Shown piece by piece: positions 35,975 through 44,768 of a DNA stretch of 49,983 nucleotides. A program made the position numbers and the translations under genes. The notes under the pieces are model-generated. The model was not told where the DNA came from. It did no database searches and was given only the letters and a program-made list of their open reading frames with translations. This stretch comes from Gammaproteobacteria bacterium (GTDB taxonomy: Bacteria; Pseudomonadota; Gammaproteobacteria; Ga0077554; Ga007554). Where the stretch lies: positions 1 through 49,983 of the forward strand of contig JAGVME010000017.1 of the NCBI GenBank assembly GCA_020053945.1, written 5' to 3'. Numbering within the stretch: position 1 is the stretch's first letter; the number at the start of each line of letters is the position of its first letter.

Positions 35975-37150
35975 CTAACCCTCTCCCGCGCGCGGGAGAG
36001 GGGAAACCAGGGTTCTGTCTTTTACTAAACCCAACACCGCCTCAGCCGCTTGTTGATCCGCCCCCTGGCGCAACGATGCATGTATGTTCGCAAATATTTC
36101 TTGCAGCGCCGCTGCAGACTGTGGTTGCTCAAGAAACTGTAGCACGGCCTTGCCCAGATTTTCCGGCGTAGCGGCGTCTTGAATATATTCTGCGACAATG
36201 CCTTTGCCTGCAAGCAAGTTGGGCAAGGACACATACGGCACTTTCACCAGCCACTTGGCGAGCCAATAGGTGAGCCGCGCCAGCCGGTACGCCACGACCA
36301 TGGGCCGCTTCAATAATAGAGCTTCCAGCGTGGCAGTGCCGGATGCCAGCAGCACCGCATCGGCAGCGGCCATGACTTCGCGCGAGTGCCCGGCGATGAT
36401 GGTGATTGGCAGCGTGGGAGCGTGGATTTTTACCAATTGTTCAAACAGTTCACGCGTTGCCGGTGTCGCCAATGGCGCCACAAAACGCAAGCCGGGACGA
36501 TGCTGGGCGCACCATTGTGCGGCTTGAATAAACGTTAATCCCAGCGCATTCACTTCGCTCATGCGGCTGCCGGGCAACAGCGCGACAATGTTGCCTTGCA
36601 CGGGTAAGCCCAATGCAACACGCGCGGCGTGCGGGTCTGCAACATCGGGAATCATCTCTGCCAGCGGGTGGCCGACAAACCGTACCGGCACATGATGCGC
36701 TTCATAAAACGCCGCTTCGAAAGGGAACAGCGTCAACATCAAATCCGTGGATCGCGCAATCTTGCGCAGCCGCCACTGCCGCCATGCCCACACTGAAGGG
36801 CTGACATAATGCACGGTGGGAATGCTGGCCTCTTTGAGCGCGCGCTCAAAGCCCAGATTGAAGTCAGGGGCGTCAATGCCGATGAACACATCCGGCGGGT
36901 TGTTGAGAAAGTGACGGATCAGTTGCGCGCGTATGCCATGCAGCTCGCGGTAACGCCCCAACACTTCAACAAAACCCATCACTGCGAGTTTTTCCGCCGG
37001 AAACAGCGCCGTGCAACCCTGCGCGATCATGGCAGGCCCGGCGATGCCTTCAATCACTGCATCAGGCAAACGCTGCTTGATGGCGCGAATCAACCCTGCG
37101 CCCAACAGATCGCCCGAAGCTTCGCCCACTACAATACCGATACGCATCAC
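35975..37150 (-). CDS. lpxB: Lipid-A-disaccharide synthase
   Basis: MRIGIVVGEASGDLLGAGLI, VHYVSPSVWAWR and ASGTATLE are present. About the last 10 codons derive from the palindromic element. Confidence 0.93.
   Translation of the reverse strand: MMRIGIVVGEASGDLLGAGLIRAIKQRLPDAVIEGIAGPAMIAQGCTALFPAEKLAVMGFVEVLGRYRELHGIRAQLIRHFLNNPPDVFIGIDAPDFNLGFERALKEASIPTVHYVSPSVWAWRQWRLRKIARSTDLMLTLFPFEAAFYEAHHVPVRFVGHPLAEMIPDVADPHAARVALGLPVQGNIVALLPGSRMSEVNALGLTFIQAAQWCAQHRPGLRFVAPLATPATRELFEQLVKIHAPTLPITIIAGHSREVMAAADAVLLASGTATLEALLLKRPMVVAYRLARLTYWLAKWLVKVPYVSLPNLLAGKGIVAEYIQDAATPENLGKAVLQFLEQPQSAAALQEIFANIHASLRQGADQQAAEAVLGLVKDRTLVSPLPRAGEG
35979..36002. repeat. Perfect 24-bp GC palindrome CCCTCTCCCGCGCGCGGGAGAGGG
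   Basis: Read directly. It encodes the last residues (SPLPRAGEG) of the lpxB ORF. Confidence 0.85.
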
Positions 37151-37263
37151 TCCCCTCGCTACGCCCTCCCCTATCCTGGGGAACGAAAATAATCTTCCCG
37201 CATTTTCAGGGGTAGATCATACCTTACCCATCCACTTACCACTACCCACGCGTAGCACAGCAC

Positions 37264-37292
37264 TTGACGTGCACTCAAATGAAGCCTATATT
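37264..37292 (+). promoter_or_regulatory. Sigma70-like promoter TTGACG-N17-TATATT
   Basis: The -35 element is at 37264-37269 and the -10 at 37287-37292. It lies about 50 nt upstream of the ATG at 37343, which has AAGGAGAG as its SD. Confidence 0.5.
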
Positions 37293-37342
37293 TTTTGTGG
37301 TCACATGCAATTCCCCCCTGAAAACACAAGGAGAGTACGTTT

Positions 37343-37702
37343 ATGAAAACATCACCGTTATTTAGTGCGCTTGCTTTAACCAGCATCCTTTTTATGGGCA
37401 ACGCTTATGCCGACGATAAAGGCATGATGGGCCATGACAAAGGCCAGATGATGAAGGAACATCATCAAACCATGAAAGAAGTCAAAGGTATGCTGAAAGA
37501 AGTGATGATGATCCTGAAAGGTATTAACCATCAACCCAGTGCGGCTGAAAAAGAAAAACTGGGTAAAATGATCACGCGCCTTGATGAGATTATGAAAAAA
37601 GACGATGACATGGCCGCAAAATGGAAAGAAATGAAGGAAAAACACCAGGGCATGCCCGGTCATGATATGCCGGGTCACGATATGAAAAAAGACAAAATGT
37701 AG
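37343..37702 (+). CDS. Secreted Met/His/Lys-rich mini-protein (MxKDx-repeat-like), a possible periplasmic metal binder
   Basis: The signal peptide is MKTSPLFSALALTSILFMGNAYA/DD. By my count the mature 96 aa contain 16 Met and 7 His. Motifs include MMGHDKG and a tandem MPGHDMPGHDMKKDKM. Confidence 0.75.
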   Translation: MKTSPLFSALALTSILFMGNAYADDKGMMGHDKGQMMKEHHQTMKEVKGMLKEVMMILKGINHQPSAAEKEKLGKMITRLDEIMKKDDDMAAKWKEMKEKHQGMPGHDMPGHDMKKDKM

Positions 37703-37710
37703 GATATAAA

Positions 37711-37746
37711 ATAAGCTGCTGAAATAGATATTATTCAGCAGCTTAT
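37711..37746 (+). terminator. Hairpin ATAAGCTGCTGAA-N10-TTCAGCAGCTTAT after the Met-rich gene
   Basis: It has a perfect 13-bp stem 9 nt after the stop. Only a weak T-run follows (AATCTTT). Confidence 0.55.
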
Positions 37747-37935
37747 AATCTTTAGTTAATGTTTATTAAGTTTTAAACTTCCCGCCAAGCCGGAACTTTT
37801 ATAAAATATTTCCCATCCCTACCGCAGAGATATGGGATGATGGGCGGATGGCCTCTTTTTGCTCGCATTGCGTCCCATGAACATCTACTTCCCCCGCACT
37901 CTCCTACGCTCATGGAGTGACGGCGTGACACGCTT

Positions 37936-39312
37936 ATGAGCGATGCCAAAAATACAACCCGCTGGCTCGATGCCTTCAAAGTCTACACCCACCCGCGTGT
38001 CATCGGCATGCTGTTTCTCGGTTTCTCCGCCGGGTTACCGCTGTTACTCGTGCTTGGCACGCTTTCGTTCTGGCTGTCGGAAGCGGGAATTACGCGCGCG
38101 ACAATCGGCCATTTGAGCTGGGTGGGATTGGCCTATGGCCTTAAATTTTTGTGGTCACCGCTGGTGGACCGGTTAAATCTACCGATCCTCACGGCGCGGC
38201 TGGGGCGGCGGCGCGCGTGGTTATTATTGTCACAAATATGTATCGCGGCAGCCTTGCTCGGCATGGCGAATACTGACCCCGCGTTGAATCTGACATATAT
38301 GGTGTGGTTTGCGCTGGCGGTGGCATTTGCCTCAGCAACCCAGGATATTGCGCTCGACGCCTACCGCATCGAAGCCGTGGAGGTTGAGAAACAGGGCGCA
38401 ATGGCGGCGACTTATCAAGCAGGTTATCGTCTTGCGATGATCACGGCAGGCGCGGGCGCACTGTGGATTGCGGCGAGTTTCGACCCCTCTGAAACCACTT
38501 ATGACTTCCGTCCCTGGCAGGTGGCATACACTGCCATGGCGGGGTTAATGCTCATTGGCATACTCACCACACTGGTCATCCGCGAGCCGGAGAGAAAAGT
38601 TTCCGCCACCATCAACGAGCACGAAGCGCGGGCACGCGAACGTTTCGCGGCGGCTGGAGTGTCGGGCAGCGCATTAAATGCCACGGCATGGTTTTATGGC
38701 GCGGTGCTATCCCCCTTCATTGATTTCATCCAGCGCTTTAAATGGCAGGCCGCGCTGATTCTCGCGCTGATCGCCGTGTACCGCATTTCCGATATCGTCA
38801 TGGGCGTGATGAGCAATCCGTTTTATCAGGAGATGGGATTCACCAAAGATGAAGTTGCCACCGTGTCCAAAGTGTATGGCGTAATCATGACTGTGGTAGG
38901 CGCGGTGCTAGGGGGTGTTTTGACCATGCGCATGGGGGTGATGCGTACGTTGATGTTAGGCGCGGTTCTCTCTGCCGCCACTAACCTGCTGTTTGTCTGG
39001 TTGGCGGGACGCGGACACGATGTCGGTGCATTGGTGTTCACCATCTCGGCGGACAACCTCTCCGCCGGCATCGCGTCCAGCGCGTTTGTCGCTTATCTCT
39101 CGGGCCTCACTAACCAAGCTTACTCCGCAACCCAATATGCGATGTTCACCTCGGTGATGCTGTTACTGCCCAAGTTCATCGCCGGATTTTCAGGCAATGT
39201 GGTGGATGCCTATGGTTGGGCAAACTTTTTCACTGGCACCACGCTGGTCGGTTTGCCGGTATTGGCGCTGATATGGCTGGTGGCGCGGACTACGGATAAT
39301 CCCAAAGGTTGA
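37936..39312 (+). CDS. ampG: Muropeptide (anhydro-MurNAc-peptide) MFS permease
   Basis: WLDAFKVYTHPRVIGMLFLGFSAGLPLLL is the typical AmpG N-terminus. There are about 12-14 TM segments. Confidence 0.88.
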   Translation: MSDAKNTTRWLDAFKVYTHPRVIGMLFLGFSAGLPLLLVLGTLSFWLSEAGITRATIGHLSWVGLAYGLKFLWSPLVDRLNLPILTARLGRRRAWLLLSQICIAAALLGMANTDPALNLTYMVWFALAVAFASATQDIALDAYRIEAVEVEKQGAMAATYQAGYRLAMITAGAGALWIAASFDPSETTYDFRPWQVAYTAMAGLMLIGILTTLVIREPERKVSATINEHEARARERFAAAGVSGSALNATAWFYGAVLSPFIDFIQRFKWQAALILALIAVYRISDIVMGVMSNPFYQEMGFTKDEVATVSKVYGVIMTVVGAVLGGVLTMRMGVMRTLMLGAVLSAATNLLFVWLAGRGHDVGALVFTISADNLSAGIASSAFVAYLSGLTNQAYSATQYAMFTSVMLLLPKFIAGFSGNVVDAYGWANFFTGTTLVGLPVLALIWLVARTTDNPKG

Positions 39313-39632
39313 CATGTCCTTTTTTAATCGCCCATTTAAAATAAATATAAAGGCCACCTATAGGCACAGAACCCAAAAAAATAACGCTCGAATCCACACT
39401 CTCAATTGACCATCCATTGATACAGGCCAGGATAAAAGTCACCCGAAGGTTTATCATTTAACCAAAGCCAACAAATAGTTAGGCAGGAAAATGGTTGACA
39501 AAATAACCCAGTTTATGTTGATAATAATAAATTAAATTTTGGCCTTAGCGGTCAAGCCAATCAATAAACCCACAAGCGGGGATACGTCTCATCACATTGC
39601 TTCCATTATGCTGAGCCGCGGGGTAGACGAAC

Positions 39633-40592
39633 ATGCTGATGCCTTTACGGTTACCCTGGGAGGGATCCCTACCAATAACATTGGCCAGCGCCAGCGCATG
39701 GCGCATCCTCCCTTGCACGCTTGCCCTCCTTGCCATTCATGTTCTGCTGCTGTTCTGGAATACCGCCATTGCACTGGCCGCCGACAGCGCCATAGCAAGG
39801 AAGATGCCAGGGGATCAATCACTGCAATTCGGCATTATGCCATCGCAATCAGCCCTTACATTGATGCGCGCTTATGCCCCGCTGAAATCTTATCTAGAAC
39901 ACACCCTGAAACGTGAAATCATCATCAGCACCGCGCCAAGTTTTCCTGAATTCCTCCGGCGCACCAGCACAAACGAATACGACTTTGTCTTAACTTCACC
40001 GCATTTCGCAAAACTCGCCGAAGACCAGCATGGGTGGATACGCCTGGCTCGGGCGCAAGGAACCCAAAGGGGAGTTTTTTTGGTGGAAAAAACCAGCGCC
40101 CACCAAAAAATAACTGACCTGGACGGTAAAGCCCTCGCCATCCGCGACAACCTTGCGTTGGTGACACTGCTCGGGGAACAGGATCTCCCTGGGAAAGGCT
40201 CCCCCTCAGGACGTAGCAATATCAGTTTTATCAACAGCCCATCGTACACCAGCGCAGCGCTGTCAGTGATACGCGGCACAGCGGATGCGGCTCTCATTTC
40301 CGAAGTCGCTTTCAATAAATTACCCGCCGCTGACAAAAATCATTTGCGCGTCCTGGCCCATACCAAAACAGCGCCAAATCTCATGCTCATGGGCAACCCG
40401 CGACTGGGGGAAAATGACATCGTGCATTTGCGCGAGACCCTTCTGCATTTCGATAATGACCAGAATAACAGCGCGGTATTTTTCCACAATACGGGGTTCA
40501 AAGGTTTCGATAACATTACCGAACAAGATATGCGCTTCGCGACCCCCTTTGTTGTGATCCTGCAACAACGCCTATCGCAGGGGCAACCATGA
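39633..40592 (+). CDS. PhnD-family (phosphate/phosphonate-type) periplasmic substrate-binding protein, a probable co-sensor
   Basis: It has a hydrophobic N-terminus. LQFGIMPSQSALTLMRAYAPLKSYLE...EYDFVLTSP...ITDLDGKALAIRD follows the PhnD pattern. Its stop overlaps the kinase start (ATGA). Confidence 0.75.
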   Translation: MLMPLRLPWEGSLPITLASASAWRILPCTLALLAIHVLLLFWNTAIALAADSAIARKMPGDQSLQFGIMPSQSALTLMRAYAPLKSYLEHTLKREIIISTAPSFPEFLRRTSTNEYDFVLTSPHFAKLAEDQHGWIRLARAQGTQRGVFLVEKTSAHQKITDLDGKALAIRDNLALVTLLGEQDLPGKGSPSGRSNISFINSPSYTSAALSVIRGTADAALISEVAFNKLPAADKNHLRVLAHTKTAPNLMLMGNPRLGENDIVHLRETLLHFDNDQNNSAVFFHNTGFKGFDNITEQDMRFATPFVVILQQRLSQGQP

Positions 40593-42100
40593 AAGTACAT
40601 TATGGGCTACACTCCCTACGCTTCAAATTCATTTTTGCCTGCGCGTTAATCCAGGCTGCGCTGCTCGCGGCGTCGACCGCCAACCAAGTGGTTCTAATGA
40701 ACGATTCGCTGACAGAACAGACCGAGCTACGTGTTGCGGGGTTAAAACTCTTGCTGAACGCTGCTGTGGCGCCGTTGGTGATGCAGCGTGATTACGCAGC
40801 CCTGCAGGATATCCTTAATGAAGTTGTTTCCATCAAAGAATTGGAATATATCGAGGTGATTGACCGCCACTCCAAGCGCATGGCGTGGGCCGGCATCACC
40901 CCTTCCTCTTTTTCTGCGGAGCGGGATTTGGGCGAAACGCCCCAAGATCACATCTATGACCAAGAACAACCCCTTCAACTTGCAGGCCAACCTATGGGGC
41001 ACATACGCTTCGGCGTTTCAACCCGCACCATAGAGCAGGCCAATGCTGAAACCCTGCAACAAGGCATCAGCCTCGCGCTCCTGGTAATCGCTGCAACGGT
41101 GGTTCTTTTGGTTTTAGTCAGCGGATTCCTCACGCGCCACTTGCGGGCATTGGCGGAGGGCGCGCAAAAAATTGCCGCCGGTGATCTCAATGTGGTGATT
41201 AAGGCGGGCACACGCGATGAGGTGGGCAACACCGCCCGCGCCTTTAACGCCATGGTTGTTTCCCTGAACAATGCCCATCAAGAGCTGCGCACCCTTAACG
41301 GGGATCTCGAACAACGCATCACCGAACGCACGGCGCAACTGCTCACCGTCAATAAGGAACTGGAAGCCTTCAGCTACTCCGTCTCCCATGACTTGCGTGC
41401 GCCATTGCGCGGAATTGATGGTTTCAGCCAAGCCCTACTGGAAGATTATGGGGACAAGCTCGACGAAAATGGCAAAGATATGCTGGATCGGATCCGGCTT
41501 GCCAGCCAACGCATGGCGCAACTCATCGATGACCTGCTTAATTTATCGCGCATCACCCGCCATGAGATGCGCACAGAACCTGTGGACCTGAGCTTGTTGG
41601 CGCGTGATATCGCCAACGGCTTGCAAAAAACCTACCCTTCACGGCAAGTGGCCTTCAAAATCACTGAAGGGCTCATAACATCCGGTGATCTGCGGCTGTT
41701 ACGCATCATATTGGAAAATTTACTCAATAATGCCTGGAAATTCACATCAAAATCAGGCTGTGCGGAAATAGAATTCGGCGTAGACAATAACCAAGAGCCT
41801 GTATATTTTGTGCGTGATAACGGCGTAGGTTTTGATATGGCCTATATCGGCAAGCTCTTCGGCCCCTTCCAGCGGTTGCATGCGGTCACCGAATTCGAAG
41901 GTACTGGCATCGGGCTGGCGACAGTACAGCGCATTATCCATCGGCACGGGGGACGCATTTGGGCGCACGCCACACCAGGAAAAGGGGCCACTTTTTATTT
42001 CACGCTTGCGCCCGAGCGGCCGCTTTCACGGCATTCCACACCGCCAACTGTGATACCTGTCACAGCAGCGCCCCATAAAAAACCGTTACACTCTAATTAA
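40589..42100 (+). CDS. Sensor histidine kinase (periplasmic domain-HAMP-HisKA-HATPase_c)
   Basis: It has two TMs flanking a roughly 140-aa periplasmic segment. The HAMP region is GDLNVVIKAGTRDEVGNTARAFN, the H-box FSYSVSHDLRAPL, the N-box LLNNAWKF, and the G-boxes DNGVGF and GTGIGL. Confidence 0.9.
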   Translation: MKVHYGLHSLRFKFIFACALIQAALLAASTANQVVLMNDSLTEQTELRVAGLKLLLNAAVAPLVMQRDYAALQDILNEVVSIKELEYIEVIDRHSKRMAWAGITPSSFSAERDLGETPQDHIYDQEQPLQLAGQPMGHIRFGVSTRTIEQANAETLQQGISLALLVIAATVVLLVLVSGFLTRHLRALAEGAQKIAAGDLNVVIKAGTRDEVGNTARAFNAMVVSLNNAHQELRTLNGDLEQRITERTAQLLTVNKELEAFSYSVSHDLRAPLRGIDGFSQALLEDYGDKLDENGKDMLDRIRLASQRMAQLIDDLLNLSRITRHEMRTEPVDLSLLARDIANGLQKTYPSRQVAFKITEGLITSGDLRLLRIILENLLNNAWKFTSKSGCAEIEFGVDNNQEPVYFVRDNGVGFDMAYIGKLFGPFQRLHAVTEFEGTGIGLATVQRIIHRHGGRIWAHATPGKGATFYFTLAPERPLSRHSTPPTVIPVTAAPHKKPLHSN

Positions 42101-42118
42101 TTAATTCAAGGAAACGCC

Positions 42119-42559
42119 ATGCCTCCTAAAATCATCCTGCTGGTGGAAGATAATCCCGATGATGAAGCATTAACCCTGCGTGCCCTGAAAAAAAATAACA
42201 TCCTTAATGAAGTCGTGGTGGCGCACGATGGGGCCGAAGCGCTGGATTTCCTGTTCGCTACCGGGCCTTACACTGGCCGGGACATCCGCTTAATGCCGCA
42301 GATTATCCTGCTCGACTTAAAACTACCTAAAATTGACGGCCTGGAAGTATTGCGCCGCCTCCGCGCTGACAGCCGGACGAAAATTTTGCCGGTAATCATC
42401 CTGACGTCTTCCAGCGAAGAAATCGACATCACCAACGGTTATCACCTGGGCGCCAACAGCTATGTGCGCAAACCGGTGGATTTTTCGCAATTTGTCGAAG
42501 CCGTACGGCAACTGGGCTTGTATTGGCTGGTTTTAAATGAAGCGCCACCTGTCCTGTAA
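42119..42559 (+). CDS. Stand-alone receiver-domain response regulator
   Basis: ILLVEDNPDDE and ILLDLKLPKIDG (phospho-Asp) are present, as is the conserved Lys in YVRKP. Confidence 0.9.
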   Translation: MPPKIILLVEDNPDDEALTLRALKKNNILNEVVVAHDGAEALDFLFATGPYTGRDIRLMPQIILLDLKLPKIDGLEVLRRLRADSRTKILPVIILTSSSEEIDITNGYHLGANSYVRKPVDFSQFVEAVRQLGLYWLVLNEAPPVL

Positions 42560-42561
42560 AA

Positions 42562-44682
42562 ATGAAAATGAACAATCCACTGCGCGTATTGATAATTGAG
42601 GATTCGGAGGATGATGCGCTATTGATATTGCGCGAATTGCGCCGCTGCGGCTATGCCCCGGTATGTGAGCGCGCCGACACCGCCGCCGCCATGAAATCCG
42701 CGTTGCAAACAAAAAATTGGGATATCATCCTCGCCGATTACTCCATGCCAAATTTCAGCGCTCCCGCCGCGCTGGCCCTGCTCAAGGAAAACGGGATCGA
42801 CCTGCCTTTTATAATCATCTCCGGAAGCATCGGCGAGGAAATCGCCGTAGCGATGATGAAAGCAGGCGCGCATGATTACCTGATGAAGAATAACTTGGCG
42901 CGGCTCGCGCCTGCCATTGAACGTGAGTTGACGGAAGCTGAAGTCAGGCGGAAACGCCGCCAAGCCGAAGCCTTGTTACGCGAAAGCGAGGAACGGTACC
43001 GTAACCTGTTCGAAAATGCCCATGACATAATACAAAGCGTAGCTCCTGACGGGCGCTTTCAATTCGTCAACCGTGCTTGGCTGGAAACGATGGGATACAC
43101 ATTGGATGAGGTGAAGTCACTTACCCTGTCCGATATTATCCTTCCTGAGTTTTTGGACCATTGCCTCAACCTCTTTCACAAGGTAATGAACGGGGAACAT
43201 TTCGATAACCTGGAAACCACCTTTATCGCCAAAAACGGCCAACATGTAGAAGTCGAGGGCAACATAAGCTGCCGCTTTATGGACGGGATACCGGTGGCAT
43301 CCCAAGGTGTCTTCCGTAACGTTACCCAGCGCAAGGCGCAAACGGCCGCGCTGGAATACCAGGCCCGGCATGATTCGCTTACTGGCCTGCCCAACAGGTT
43401 TCAACTCAGCCAAGACCTCAATCAAGTGGTCGAGGAAACCCGGTTATCGGGTAAACGTATGGCCTTCATGCTTATTGACCTGGACCGATTCAAAGAAATC
43501 AATGATGCCTTGGGCCATCAAGCCGGCGATATGCTGTTGAAGCAGATCGCACCGCGTTTAGGTAATGCATTAAATGCCACCGTACCTGTGGCGCGCCTGG
43601 GCGGTGATGAGTTCGGCCTGTTATTGCCGAATATCAATAGTATTGAGGAGGTATTTGATGCCGCCAAAAAAGTGCTGGCAGTGATCTACCAACCCTTTAA
43701 CCTGGAGGGATTAAGTATCCAAATTGGCGCCAGCATCGGTATCGCGCTCTATCCTGACCATAGCGATGACCCGCACTCCATGATGCGGTGCGCGGATATC
43801 GCGATGTACCTTGCCAAAAAAAACGGGGGTGGCTACAACATTTATAATCCCACGCTCGACATTTACAGCCCGCGCCGCCTGTCCCTCATTACCAGCCTCA
43901 GGGTCGCTATCCAGGAAAACCAGTTGGTATTGCATTACCAACCCAAACGGAATATCCACACCAACAATATCACTGGCCTGGAGGCGCTGGTCCGTTGGCA
44001 ACACCCACAGCATGGGTTGGTGGCTCCCACTGAATTTATTCCGTTGGCGGAAGTCAGCGACCTCATCATGCCGCTTTCCCATTGGGTTATTGACACTACG
44101 TTGCGGCAATTGCGGGAATGGCAAGACTTAGGGATAGACACTAAAGTAGCCGCAAACATTTCCGCGCGCAATTTACAGGACAATGACCTGCCGAACCAAA
44201 TTGCCGCCTTGCTGGAACAACACCAAATCGCCCCCCATCATCTTGAGCTGGAGATTACCGAGAGCGCAATGATTGTCGATCCCTTACGTGCCTTGGAAAC
44301 CCTGTGCCGTATCCATGACCTGGGCGTGGTCCTCGCCATTGATGACTTTGGCACGGGTTACACCTCACTTTCGCATTTGAGAAAACTCCCTATCTCAACC
44401 CTTAAAATTGATTTTTCCTTCATCGCCCATATGCTAAAAAGCAAAGATGATGCGGCGCTGGTGCAATCCATCATCTACTTGGGCCACAATTTAGGCATGG
44501 GTGTTATCGCTGAAGGCGTGGAGAATCAGGCCACTTTGGACATGCTGGCTGGATTTAAATGCGATGTGGCCCAGGGCTTTTTTATCTGCCCGCCCATGCC
44601 CGCGCACGAGATAACGCCGTGGCTCCACACACAGGTTCTTTCGTCAACGCCACCCCGCGCGACAGAAATTACAGCGTGCTGA
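42562..44682 (+). CDS. REC-PAS-GGDEF-EAL cyclic-di-GMP turnover protein
   Basis: The REC domain has VLIIEDSEDD and ILADYSMP. The PAS region contains ERYRNLFENAHD. GGDEFGLLL is the intact GGDEF motif. The EAL motif is EALVRW, with DDFGTGYSS-like IDDFGTGYTS. Confidence 0.92.
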   Translation: MKMNNPLRVLIIEDSEDDALLILRELRRCGYAPVCERADTAAAMKSALQTKNWDIILADYSMPNFSAPAALALLKENGIDLPFIIISGSIGEEIAVAMMKAGAHDYLMKNNLARLAPAIERELTEAEVRRKRRQAEALLRESEERYRNLFENAHDIIQSVAPDGRFQFVNRAWLETMGYTLDEVKSLTLSDIILPEFLDHCLNLFHKVMNGEHFDNLETTFIAKNGQHVEVEGNISCRFMDGIPVASQGVFRNVTQRKAQTAALEYQARHDSLTGLPNRFQLSQDLNQVVEETRLSGKRMAFMLIDLDRFKEINDALGHQAGDMLLKQIAPRLGNALNATVPVARLGGDEFGLLLPNINSIEEVFDAAKKVLAVIYQPFNLEGLSIQIGASIGIALYPDHSDDPHSMMRCADIAMYLAKKNGGGYNIYNPTLDIYSPRRLSLITSLRVAIQENQLVLHYQPKRNIHTNNITGLEALVRWQHPQHGLVAPTEFIPLAEVSDLIMPLSHWVIDTTLRQLREWQDLGIDTKVAANISARNLQDNDLPNQIAALLEQHQIAPHHLELEITESAMIVDPLRALETLCRIHDLGVVLAIDDFGTGYTSLSHLRKLPISTLKIDFSFIAHMLKSKDDAALVQSIIYLGHNLGMGVIAEGVENQATLDMLAGFKCDVAQGFFICPPMPAHEITPWLHTQVLSSTPPRATEITAC

Positions 44683-44768
44683 ATTAATCCATCGCGCCCA
44701 GTATCCCGGCACTGGCGGACTTCCCGCGCCTCAGAAGGTGGCAGCGACACCATCGGATGACATGACAC

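Noticed and set aside
35254-36171. ORFs 35254..35469 and 35773..36171 on the plus strand.
   Set aside because: They are read-through translations of the REP elements, the GC palindrome and the antisense strand of RAYT and lpxB. They have no independent support.
39290-39457. A 55-aa minus-strand ORF (MINLRVTFILACINGWSIES...) in the ampG/SBP intergenic region.
   Set aside because: It has no SD. It overlaps the 3' end of ampG and lies in AT-rich leader DNA where ORFs arise easily. I have no family recognition for it.
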